Positions 26,295-38,250 of a stretch of DNA of 64,000 nucleotides are shown here, in pieces. Each line of letters starts with the position of its first letter. Position 1 is the first letter of the stretch. The notes beneath the pieces were generated by a model. The model made no database searches, had not been told where the DNA came from, and saw nothing but the letters and a program-made list of their open reading frames with translations. Both the position numbers and the translations under genes were made by a program. The stretch is from Balamuthia mandrillaris (taxonomy: Eukaryota), in NCBI GenBank assembly GCA_031835245.2, contig JAVKOQ020000007.1, forward strand, positions 372,001 to 436,000, read 5' to 3'.

Positions 26295-27086
26295 CAGAGA
26301 GAGAGAGAGAGAGACAGAGAGGAAGAGAACGAACCATAGGCAAAAGCGCTAATGGCATAGCTCACAAACAGCAGAAAAGTGAAGACCAAGGAGCAAACGA
26401 TGAGCGCTTTAGGGATGTATCGGTAAAGCACCACCCAAACAGCAGACAAAGCGGTCGCCAGCAGAACGCACAGCCCTGAAACACCCAAAAGCCTCAAGAA
26501 AGTACCCTTATCTTCAAACTGTCGAAGAAACAGCAATCCCAAATGAGAGAGAGAGAGTGAAGAGAACGTTACATAAAGAGAACCAGAAAATGAGAGAACA
26601 AGAACATACTTCGTTGTGAATGATGCGGTCGTCTTCCTCAACTGCACCTTTGTTGGTGATGGTGGTATACATGCCACCCCCAAACACGCCAAACATGATC
26701 AACAAGTGCAATACAAACAAGATCAAGAAAACGAGGTCTCTGTAGCCAGTCGGTTGGAAGCGAGCTTGCGTTGTTTGTTGCTAAGGTTTGTTTTGTCAAA
26801 AAAAAAAAGCAGTATAGGTTCATTAGTCTCTAACAGAGGACAAAGGAGAGACGAGAGAATAAAAGAGGAACAGATCAGAGGAAAAAGGGGGAAGAAAAAA
26901 ATTTAAAAAACTAACAGGAGGCGCATAGTAAGAAGGAGATCCCTCGCCGCTGACAAATCCGCCCGCCTGTTTCGTGGTGGCACCACCGGAAGAGCCCATG
27001 TAGTGCAAGGCCGCCCCATCATGATCCTCCTGCGGTTGGTAGCGAGACTGGCCGTAATCCGGTGGATTCCAAAGAGGTTGGCTCAT
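24707..27086 (-). CDS. choline transporter-like (CTL/SLC44/PNS1 family) membrane protein
   Basis: RRIPFAVEML, FYWTSQVIKNVVHVTAAG, RASTTSLGSICLGSLI, FNTYAFTQVAIYGKTY, TIFVCFAEDP. Confidence 0.92.
25838..26020. repeat. intronic (GCAGAGA)n heptamer minisatellite
   Basis: about 25 imperfect GCAGAGA units filling one CTL intron. Confidence 0.9.
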
Positions 27087-27492
27087 GGCGTGCGTGTGTG
27101 ACTGAAAGGGTTCGTCGCTACTCTTTTTTTTACAATCTCTGTTTTCTTTTCTTTGGCAAAAAAAAGAACTTGGACTTTTCTGATATTTGAGGGGAGTTAA
27201 GATGGCCGATTGGATGTCTGCAGCATTTGTACCAGTTCCCTGAAGACGTAATTCGACGATCCTCGTTTCCCCACTGAGGGTACTCCGTCAAGTTTTCTAC
27301 AAAATTTCTTCCATCTTGCGGAAATTTTCCGCAGTTGGCACATGCGACTGAAAAGAAATGGCAAGGGAAAAAAGGGCAGCAAAAAAGTCCCTGCGCTTCC
27401 CTGCTACCTCTAGCGGGGAAAATTAGTGTCGACGAGGACCGCAGCCAAACCAAACCATTGCGCGTTGGTCACATGATGGATTTGTGTCTACT

Positions 27493-28837
27493 CTAAACGT
27501 AGTGGTTTGGGTGGAACTCAAACACGATAAGATGCGCCGCTCGTTTTCCAGTGTTTTGGAAGCCCCGCGTGGCCCCTCTGGGCAGGTAGACCATGTCCCC
27601 CACCGTCAACCTCCTGCCTTGCCTCGACGAATGCGCTACGCTGCCTTTCTCCACCACCACCAACGCTTCCTGGGGAGCTTGGTGGGTCTCGGCTGCGGCT
27701 CCACCCGCAAGGATTGCCGTCCGCCCCACCACGCGAGAGCCGGTGGCCGTGGAGGTCTCGTTGAAGAACACGTTCCCTTCGTTCTCCGTCAACGTTTGGT
27801 TCTGGCCCTTCAGTGCCTCAATTCGGGTGAACTTGTTGGCATTGACCCTTCTTACAACGACCGGAACGTATCCTCGTGGGACCTTCTGATCTTCATCTTC
27901 TTCGTTTGCTGCTGCTCCTTCGTTTCCAAACGTGACATGGATGAAGACAGTGAAAGGCTGAGAGAGACAAGAAATAGCGTGAGGAATGCCAGCGGGAATG
28001 AAGGCCACGTCTCCTTCCTGAAGGATCGTCTCTTCAGGCAAGTCCGCTGGCAAAGGACTCTGTCCTGAGTCATGATTGTTCCTGCTTTGTCTCTCTGCTT
28101 TTCTCTCCGGCACGAGCGTCAACAGCAACTCTCCTCCCGTCACGATGATGATCTGGTCGTTCTGCGGGAGTGAACGAGGATAAGGCAGCCATTCTCCATC
28201 CTCACCATTCAATGAAGAAGGTCTCCTCATGGAGAGATGAACTTTGAGGAAGTCAAGCAGGGGAGTACGATGGAACAAGAAGGAATTGCCTTCGAGCGAT
28301 GGTTTGCGTTGGTTTAGCGTGCTGCCAGCAAAGAAGGTTGCGCCGTCTATTAATGGACGTTCTTCTTCAAGTTGTTCACGGGAACTGAGCTGGTGATGAA
28401 GAATAGGAGAGGATGGTTCGACGTAACGGTAACGATGTTCAATGCGGAGGTGAGGCCTGTAAAAACTTGGCAACGAAGAAGAGGAAGAAGGTTTGAGCAG
28501 GGCCATGGTATCAGGATCTGGTTGAAGTATGTGGTTGAGGTGCATGCTGGTTTTGGCTGGTTTGGAATTCTCCTTTCTGCCCCTTTCTTCTCCAGATGTA
28601 GACGGCACCAATAAAACAGGAGGTAGGTTCGGTAGCACAGGGTACGGGGGGTTGAAGCTCATTGGTTGGCGGATGACGCACTCTGCACCGACATACTGCA
28701 GGATGACGCCTTGCCGGGGGTGACTCGTGGGATTTACTGAGGCATGCCACACCTACATTTGTAAGGTTTGTATTGAGGATGACCTTTCGATTATCATACC
28801 AGGGAGGGAGGAAAGGGGAGAGTTTGAGTGAGAATTT

Positions 28838-28870
<33 letters not shown>

Positions 28871-29704
28871 GATAAGAAAGCGTGTGAGAGAGCGAGGGGG
28901 AGAATTGGAGACCTGCCCGTGAAAAATAAGATAGTCTCCATTGAATGCCTCATACATATAGATTACTGCGCCCTCATCCAAGCTCCTTGCCTTCTTCAAG
29001 AAGGCTTTGTGCATATCCTCGCCTGTATCTTCCAACACCAATTTTGTCGGCTCAAACTCCTGCGGTATCAGGCCTTTGCTTTGCGTCCTAGAAATGACCA
29101 ACAGGGCGTTCTCTGGGGCAATGTTGACGAGGCCCATCCAGACAGTGGCTGACCTTTCACACTCTCTGTTCTCCACATCGATGTGCCATCGATGGACTTG
29201 TCCTTGTTGAGTTTCCACGCGAGAGAGTCCATAGAGCAAGACGTTGCCTCCAAGAAGAGCTTCCACCTGGCCCAGTAGCTGCGGATGCAAACCCAGAGAG
29301 ACTAACATGGTCGACTGTAGCCATCTGCTCTTTTCCCAAAGTTCCAAAGAGCGTCGACCATACAAAGAGTCAAACTCCTGTTTAATGAGATGAATCTCAG
29401 GTTCCGAAAGGAGGTGAAAAGGCCCTATTGTTCCTTCCCTCCAGAACTCCTCTCTCCATTGCTCCTCCGTTCGTTGTTCCCATTTCTTTGCACGCTGCAT
29501 GACTACGTCCCCTGTTTGTTGTGGTTCTTCATCTTGTCTTTTTTGTAACGGAAAGGAAGAAATCATCAACAGTTGCTCGATGTAGCTGGCCTCTCTCTGC
29601 CGCCCGTCCAACGACTGCCACACATAGTGTAGGCTGACCAACGACAGGGTGTTGAACAGCGTTAACACTATCGCCAAGGCCACCAGGTACCGCACCACAA
29701 GCAT
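27493..29704 (-). CDS. N-terminally anchored PhyH-type 2OG-Fe(II) dioxygenase + tandem cupin protein, paralog 1
   Basis: N-terminal TM; HRWHIDVE (HxD), FHGQ/VWHASVN (distal His), RQGVILQY; two cupin barrels GDVAFIPAGIPH and GDMVYLPRG; intron ~28754-28912. Confidence 0.8.
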
Positions 29705-29856
29705 CTTCCGTCAGTTGGATGGCTTCCGTTTCGCTAAACTCTCTCTCTCTCTCTCTCTACCAGCGGTAACCTTAATAGGGAAAAAGGCGCCTTTTCGACC
29801 AAAAAAGAACGAGAGAAGAACAAAGCAAAGACAAGCAATATGTATGAAACATCAGA

Positions 29857-31936
29857 TCAGGGATGAAATTCAAAGACAAGATACTGAGCACCTCCTCTGT
29901 TGGAGACGTTACGAAAGCCTCGCAGAGCGCCTCCTGGGATGTACGCTACGTCCCCCTCGTTCAACCTCTTACCCCTGGTTAGATGACCGATGCTCCCCTT
30001 CTCCACCACAACCAGAACCTCCTGAGGCGCTTTTTGGGGTTCAAACTTGCCTTTAGGAGGAAGTGTTGCAGTTCTCCCCACTACGCGAGTGAGCATGCTC
30101 GTCGTTTGGTTGAAGAAAACTCTCCCAGTGCCAAGCGTTGCGTTATATGTCCTCAGTGATTCCACTCTCTTCCATTTGGAAGGTGACTGCCGTTTGATAA
30201 CCACTGCAGGAAAGAAGGTAGTCCCTCTTCTTCTTTCTGCCGCGGAAGAAGAGGAGTGATAGGTGACGCAAAGATAAGAGGCCTGAGGAAATGACAGGGC
30301 GGTGATGGAATGAAGAGTATTGGCGGGCATGAATACTACGTCTCCGCTCTTAACCAAAATCTCCTCAGGCAAGTCCTCTGGCAGCGGTCCTCCCAGAGGT
30401 GACCCGTAATCACGGCGATTGGGTAGGACAGTCAACCGCAGCTCCCCATCCAAAACCACAAATATTTCCTCGTTGTGATGAGAGTGAGGAGGATGTGGCG
30501 TGTTAAAAGTCTTTTGGATTGTCAGGTGCGCCTCCAAAAAGTCCAATACAGGAGTTTGGTGATGCAAGAAACGGAACGAGCGAACAGGAAGCTGCCTTTC
30601 CTTGTACAGAGGAATGGCCCCAAAGAAGGCGGCTCCATCCAGCAGAGTCAGGTTGGCCAGTTCTGTGGCGTTTGGAGGAGGTTTTAGCTCCACCTCCACA
30701 TACTGGTGACGAAGCTGAAGATGAGGGCGCAGGAAGGTAGAGAAAGGGGCGATGGTTGTAGAGTCAGGATCGAGAAGAAGGAGGTGATTGAGGTTGCTCT
30801 TGTTGGAAGAGTCATTGGCTGTGCCTGAAACCAAGAGTACCGGAGGAAGAGTTGCTTCTTGTCCATACGGAGGCTTGAACTGGATGGTTTGACGAATGGC
30901 GCACTCAGCGTGAACGAACTGAACGATGACAGCTTGCCTGGCGTCTACTTTGGGGTTACCTGATCCATGCCATATCTTAATGGAAAAACAAGGAAAGAAG
31001 AAAAGAAACAGGAATAAGAACGAAGAAATAGTCGACAGGTGGAGAAGTCCTAAAAGCACAGACCTGTCCGTGAAAAATAAAGTAATCCCCATCAAACACA
31101 TCAAACTTCAATAGCTGGGCATCCATATCCGCGTTTCTTGCCTCTCTTAGCAAATTCTCATGGGCTAACCTTCCTCCATCCGTTACGTTGGGCACAGGCT
31201 CAAACTCTTGCGGCACAATGGGACTCTTCCAACGATGAGTGCGAGAGATAACCATCAATGCGTTCTCCGGAGTGACCTCCTGAAGGCCTAACCAAACGGT
31301 GGCTGAGCTCTCACACTTCCAGCTGTCCACGTCCAGGTGCCACCGATGAGGCTCCCCTCCATTCTTCTCTACCAGATAAATACCATAGAGAAGAAGGTCC
31401 TCTCCCAACAGCGTTCGTATCTGGTGAAGGAACACAGGATGCATCCCAAAAGAGACCAACAGAGTGGAAGTAAAGAACTTGCTTTTGGGCCAAGGAAAGC
31501 CTTTCTCCGATTTGAAGACGGAGTTGAGTTCTGCGCGGACAGCAAGGCGCTCCTCTTCGTCAAGTAGATGAAACGGGCCGATGGCCCCTTCTTCCCAGAA
31601 CTCTTCTTTCCATTGCTCCTCCGTTCGACTTTGCCAAGTTTTCATTGTTTGACGACTTATTTCTGCCCGAGTTGGGCGCTGCTGTTCTATTTCTTTGTCA
31701 AAATAGAGCGGTTCTGACCGTGATGTGAGAGGAATACTGGTTTCAAAAGTAGTTGATGGTATTAGTGCGGAAAGAGGAGATAGGATTGCCGGTGGCGGTT
31801 CTATAAACCGCTGCTCCTGTGGCCGCGAGGGATGAGACAGAAACACGAAGTGAAGGCTTATCAACGAGAAGGCGTTGAAGAGAGAAACGGCCAGAGATAG
31901 GCCCACAATGTACCGAATGGCTAGCATCGACACCAT
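29857..31936 (-). CDS. N-terminally anchored PhyH-type 2OG-Fe(II) dioxygenase + tandem cupin protein, paralog 2
   Basis: HRWHLDVD, FHGQ/IWHGSGN, RQAVIVQF; PHPPHSHHNEEIFVVLDG...GDVVFMPANTLH; same intron position and same FEFHP motif at the C-terminus as paralog 1. Confidence 0.8.
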
Positions 31937-32149
31937 CTTTGCTTCCGCTCGCCCCTTTTGCCAAGCTTTACTCTCATGGAGCCTTTTTATGTTACAATTT
32001 CTGTCGAAGCGGTACTCTTTAAAAGGAAAGAGAGTGACGTGTTATATCGACGAAAAATACAAATAAGGTAATTCGAGATCGATCATACGGACTTCAAGTC
32101 CCCCAAAGAATGATGGAGGCATCATCAGAGACGGAAGCCAAGAGGCCAT

Positions 32150-34301
32150 CTATGCTTGGATGCCACGCCACGCAATTGACCTGCGCCACAAAGGAGTGAG
32201 TTCAGCGTTGATAACAAGAACACGGGATGGAGGCGCGGGGCGTGAGAATAGAGAAGAAACAAAAAAAATAGAAAGCAAGAAGGAAAAAAAAAGCAACAGA
32301 AGAAAAGAACAAGGGAAGAAAGAAGAAAACAACAGACAAACCAGTTTGTGATGACCAGATAACGCTCCAAGGAACTTCATCTGCTGAAAGTGGTAGAACA
32401 GAACGCGGTTGTCCTCAGTGCCAACCGCGACATACTTATCATCGCCAGTGATGGAAGGCCATGACAAGAACGGATCGACCAAGTGTTGGATTCTCTGTCC
32501 TTTAAAGACCTTTACTATGCTCTCCTTCTCCAGGTCCCACACATGCAATTCTCTTTCCAAACTCAGCTTTATATCATCACCGCCATCGGCATCCTCCTCA
32601 TCTTCTTGTTCAGCATCCTTGTTTCGTTGTTCATCTTTGGGGGGAGGACTGACGAAGAGAATGACGTTGGCGATGAAGAAGCGAGGATTGTTACAAAAAC
32701 ACCCGCCGATGTTGGCTCCGTTGTCTTGGTAAATGGTTATTGATGATTGCGTATTGATGGATCCTGTTGCTGCTTCGTATTGAGGCCAACAGACAAGTTG
32801 ATTGAGATAGTCAATGGGACGAGAGGCAGAAAAGAAAACAAATGGAACCGTTTTTGCTCCAACTTCTTCTCTTTCTCCTTCTTCTCCTTCTCCTTCTCCT
32901 TCTTTTCGTTGTTCTTGTTGTCCTCTTTCGCTTCCTCCGTTTCTATGATGATAGAAAAGGGGACATTGTATGGGTCTTGTGATGAATGGGCAACGAGTGT
33001 GTCTTCTACAGGCAGCGGCGAAGTTGTTTTGCCAGTGCTCCATGAAAATAGCTTTTACTTCGTCGCTGTTCGAGGTGACCATCCCATTGTCTTGTTTTTT
33101 TTGCCAATCATATTTTTTTTAAAAAAAACAAAGCCATTCATAAGATAAACCAAAAATGAACGAGCACTCATTGAAAAAAACTAACCTGGTATCCAATTGG
33201 AGTCAAAAAAGATCTGCCTCACTTTTCTGCTCCCAGCACGCAAGGCCCTTTCTTCATTTGTTAAAGAGGAAGATAGAGAATGGGTGAGGTTCTGCCATTA
33301 AAAAGTTAGCGACTTGACTTACCAGAGACAAGGAAAGAGCGGCCATTGGGGGTCCAACGTGCGTAGGCATCAAAGGGAAACGTGTCCGTTCTTCCAGCAT
33401 GAATGAGAGATGTGGTCGTCAAGCCGGTCGTTGTGGAGACGCACACCATCACGTACCAGAGGTGTACCTGGTGGTTGACGCAAGTGGTCAGGATGTACTT
33501 GCCATTGGGGCTCCAATCGAACATCACAACAGGTTGATCCATAGTGGCAGTGCTGCTATGCTCCAAATAGTATGAACCTGATGATGTTACCATTTGGATC
33601 AAATCAATGGGCGGGAGCAAGAGAAAGGGGAAAAAAAGGCCAAGAAAAGGAGGGAAAGAGTAACCTGTCTCCGGAGAGTGGCAAACACTCCACAAGGAGA
33701 GAGTTCCAGCCTTGGAGGTCGTTGACAGAAGGGTCCCTTCCCGGTTCCACGCACAGGCCCACACCTCATCCTGATGGGCGTTCGGCAGGACTTGAAGGGA
33801 CCTTTTTGGAACTCGACGCAGCACATCCAAATACTCTTCTTTCCAGTTTATGTCGTTATTATTGCTTTGAGCTCTTTCATCTTTGGTAGAATGAGAAGCT
33901 GACGAAGAAAACTTGAGATCATCATTGCTGCAACTTGATTGTTCGTTGGTAACGTGAAGATTGGCGATGTCAGTGTGAAGACAAAGGTAGGGCTTCTGTC
34001 CGCTGCTCCATGTGGAATGAAACAAATGTTTCCACAAACTATTGTTGTCCGCTACTTCTCTCCAGCTCCTTTTTTTGTTTTTTGGTTAGCCCACCAAAGA
34101 AACAGCAAGACAAAGAAGAGATGAACGTAACCTGCAAACAAGGCAGCAGAACAACAAGTCTCGCGCCTCAACAAAGGAAAACACGTGAAAGAGCAGCTCT
34201 GTGGGCAGAAGATCCACAAGACACCCTTGTCCGGACGGTCGGCGCAAAGCCCACCGTGATTCTGCACCAGCAGAGCTCTGTTGTGGTACTCCAGCTTGCA
34301 T
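32150..34301 (-). CDS. F-box/WD40-repeat protein
   Basis: DLLPTELLFHVFSFVEARDLLFCCLVCR (F-box), LWKHLF, AHQDEVWACAWNREG, FDWSPNG, LHVWDL, VAVGTEDN. Confidence 0.88.
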
Positions 34302-35295
34302 TTGTCCTGAAATTCGTTTGGAGAAAACTTCACCATCTCTATTTACAGCTGCACAATACTTTGTTCTGAGTTTCAAACCACCAATCGAAAATCAAAAAGG
34401 CCTTGTTGTCTCTCAAAAGATCTTCCACGTCGACAACAATTCTTTGATTCTGGCCAACTCCTCATGTTAGACCTGAACTCTCTGGACCCTCAGCACTGCA
34501 GCTTTTTCCAACAGTTGGATTCCTATCAAGCAGTTGCAAAGCTCATAAAGAGGACAACAGAAAGAAAACAATGAAAGGAGTGATGAGTGAAGGCAGGAAG
34601 CTTATGGTGGCTTTCACAAAACAAGGAGATTTAATGCAGACAACTAATGGCTAACAGTAAGCACATTTTCTAGGCTTACAGAAAAGAACTTGGTATACAA
34701 ACAAAATACCCACTCTTCATCCTAGAACTAGGGAAAATCATGCAACAAAAGAATTACCTTCACAAACTTATCAAAAGAGTCTGCAGTGAGAAAAAATGAA
34801 GAGAAAAAGACTATAGAAGAAACAAAATAATAATGTTCCTCCTTTTGAATGCCAGCCCAGCCTGCTTGCTGTGGCCATTCGAAGATGAGTCTTCACCACA
34901 GAGGAGGAGGAGGAGGAGCAACCTTCTTCTTCTTTTATGCGTCCCTCTCCGTCCAATAGGAGGAGCAGGTGGGCCTGCTTGGTGATCTGGTCCCGCCAGT
35001 TCTGGAGGTGCTTTGCACTTATTTTTTCTTCCAATTTAACTCATTGTGTTGCTTCCTCATCATTCTTCATTTTTTCAAGGTTTTCTGTGTTGCCTCTCTA
35101 TTGATATCCTCTGCTTGCTGTTCATGTTTTAGTTCATCATTTATCTTGTTTCATTGATTAGCAATATTCTTTTTCCATCTCTTGGCTCTTATTCTAACTT
35201 CTTTCAGTTCTGCTTTATCTTCCTTTGCATCATCATTCACAGTCTTTCGAGTTTGAAAATTCATTATCTTCTTCCCTGACTATAGCTCTTTCTAT

Positions 35296-35600
35296 GGGGC
35301 GCAATCGTGGCCTATCAGTTCAACATTGGTTCATTGTTCCAAAGGTCACAGTTTCAACTCCGGTCATATTGACTCTTTCCTCTGCTCCCAAGGAAGACCT
35401 GAGGAGCGATGACCCCACAAACATTGGAGCTACTGCCAGTTCAACAGGAAACCTGCCAGGAAGCACAACTGGACGTTGGTCAGGACTTGCTAGACATACT
35501 ACACACACAATCTTGTTGCTGACGGTTTCCCTTCTTAGGGTTTGCTAGTCTAACCAACTCAACCAGAAAGACAATAAACTCAATACAATACAATACAATA
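35296..35600 (+). mobile_element. SINE-like element, copy A (tRNA-like head, AATAAA + (CAATA)n tail, TSD)
   Basis: A-box-like TGGCCTATCAGTT and B-box-like GTTTCAACTCC; flanked by ATAGCTCTTT(T)CTAT on both sides; ~300 bp match to copy B. Confidence 0.8.
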
Positions 35601-37362
35601 GCTCTTTTCTATTTCTTCCACTATCATTCAGCTTGTTGAGAATTACTCTCAACATATTAGTTCCGTTGCCCCTTTCCTTTCCTTTCCTTTCTGTCGACAT
35701 CTGTGACATGGACCAATCGCCTGCTGTCACATGGCTTCTTCCTTTTATTTCGTTGCTTCCTTCTCTCTTTCTTTAGTTAGTTAGTTTTGTTTCGTTCGCA
35801 CCACACCTTTCCCTCTTGAGACCCTTTGTTCCTTTGTTCCCTCTTTGAATAATACATTTTGGCCCCGTCTGTTCGTGTTATTCGCCCTTTCTAACAGGCT
35901 GATTCTTGTCTTTTTTCATCGTTTTCTGTAGTTTTTGTTTAAGCTCCATCTGGTTTCTATCCTTAGATTCCTTTACATCCAGCTTTTCTTTGTCTTGAAG
36001 GTGTTAGAACCTGAGCATAGAACCAAGACAGGAACCAAGAGAAAGACGGGAGCCAAACGTATTTAATGAGAGGAAGAAAACAAGTGTGTTTGTGAGTGTG
36101 TTGTTTCTTCGTTTTTCGTCTGTGTGTTCTTGGTTGTGGGAAAAGTATTTATAGTTGAGAAGGCAACCAAGGAAGGAAAGGGGCTCGGGGTTGGGGAGTG
36201 ACTTCTTGGTTTCTTTGTTCTTAAGTTCTAGGCTCGGGAAAGTTCCAGGGAAGGCAGGAGAAAGATCTTCGGAATGGCTCGGTGTCGACATAAAAGATCG
36301 ATGATAGCTGACGTGAGATTGTCGACAGAAAAGAGAAAAGAAACGAAGAAAGAAACGAAGAAAGAGTTGGTTATGTTGGCAGTTGCCAACAAAGGGTAAA
36401 TTGGTGTTTTTTTTGTCTGCTTCTTCTGGCTTGCAACAGCTCTTCCTCCTGCTGTTGAGGAAGGCATGTCCTCTGGTACACAAAAGTCTGATGGTTGAGA
36501 GCGCCTTCATCATTTGGGAGTTACACCTGGGTTCTTCTTTGGTCTCTTCACTTTCTTGGCTGTTCAGTAGGCTCTTCTTGTCCTCTTTGTCCAGCTTCAT
36601 GTACAAAGATATACTCTATCAAGGAGGGCTTATCTACAACCCATGATTGCTTGTATCACCTGTAGTGACCAGCTAACAATTGCTGCTGAGCAACAATGAG
36701 ACTGCAACAGGTGATTCCAGCCTTGCTCCTGCATTTGATCTTGGAGATGTCCCATGACAACTTGTTAGCTGAACACCTGGGTGCTTATTAGCAGCTTCAA
36801 AAGACCCACTAGTGGCAGAGTAGGATGTATACTGCCATCCATCAGTAGTGGGTTCAACATTGCAAAAAATGTCAAAAGGAAGATACTAAGTTCATCACAT
36901 GCCTTAAAGAGGCTAGGGAGCTTGTGTTGAGGAATTATCACACCACCTAGTAATAGCAAAAGAAACACTAGATACTTTTGAAGTTAAGAACCTAGTGTGG
37001 CAATAAAAAACATCTACAAGAAGCTAATGTAAACAAGAAGTTGATGTAAACCAAAAAAAAAGAAGAGATGTTGACAATGTTGCCAACATTTTAGACAAGG
37101 GCTTGTCCTTGACACCCTTTGTTTCCATGTTCTCTTGTTTCCTTTTTGAATATGTTTTGACTCATTTGTGTTATTTATCCTTGTTAACTCTTTTCACTAT
37201 TTTCCCTGTATGTGAATTTATTTTGTTATACCACTCTCCCATAATACCTATCCCTATCTCTCCTTGTATATATATTTCTTTCTTTCATTCTATTAAAGGT
37301 CTTTTCCCTGCACACAACGAGTTGGTATCCGTTGGGTTGTTCCCTCACCGGCCTTATCACAA

Positions 37363-37660
37363 TTTTTTTTATTTATTGTAAGTTTATTGTCTTTCTGGTT
37401 GAGTCAATTAGACTAGCAAACCCTCCTAAGGAGGGAAACCATCAGTGAGAGGTTTGTGTTAAGTTTGTCCAGCAAGTCCCAGCCCACAACCGATTGGTAT
37501 TCCTGGCAGATTCCTGGCAGTAGCTCCGATGATTTGTGGGGTCATTGCTCCTCAGGTCTTCCTTGGGGGCAAAGGAAAGAGTTGATATGGCTGGAGTTGA
37601 AACTGTGACCTTTGGAACAGTGAACCAACGCTGAACCGACAGGCCACGGTTGTGCCCCCC
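37363..37660 (-). mobile_element. SINE-like element, copy B (inverted)
   Basis: reverse complement aligns with copy A along its whole length and ends in ACAATAAACTTACAATAAAT(A)n. Confidence 0.8.
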
Positions 37661-37810
37661 CTATATGTGGATATTTCTCTTTGGTCATTTATGGATTTTC
37701 TTTTTGTTTAAATTATTTTTATATAGATACTGCTTCTCCTTTTTCTTTTCTCTTAGGACAACCTATAACAATACGTTACTAACTCATTTTTATTTTTATT
37801 CTACTTGTTT

Positions 37811-38217
37811 TTAATTCAAAGTAGTTGTTTTAGAACCAAACTTTGGTTTAACTTGTTTACAAGGAATTTGTGTTGATAAAGTAGAAGATAAGGCAAAAGC
37901 ATTGCCACAAATAGTTTGATGAATGGGCCAGTCAAAGTGTTGACATTCTTTACTACAATAAGGCACATAGAGTTGAATAGAAAGACATCTACTACACATC
38001 TCAAAGGAACAGGGAATATTTTCTAATTTACCACATCGTGTACATTGTTTTTCTTGTGTTTTATCTGTTGGTTTCATTGTTAATAAATGGGATTTAGATA
38101 TGGGTTGTGATATTTGTTTTTCATTAGTATTAAGAATACTAATAAGTTCTTTTTGCTTTTTTTGTTTTTGCTCTTTCTTTTTTTGCTCTTTTGCTTCTTG
38201 TTCTTGTTCTTGTTCTT

Positions 38218-38250
<33 letters not shown>

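Noticed and set aside
25583..26692. Single long ORF with LSLSL/LCSLLSA repeats
   Set aside because: Read-through of pyrimidine-rich introns that lack stops; the same applies inside the TBC gene ORF
35296..35372. Functional tRNA gene
   Set aside because: No convincing cloverleaf, and it is followed by a shared body, tail and TSD, so it was treated as a SINE head
36600..36970. Family A DNA polymerase fragment (DGSIHPT)
   Set aside because: A single short motif with no supporting downstream motifs
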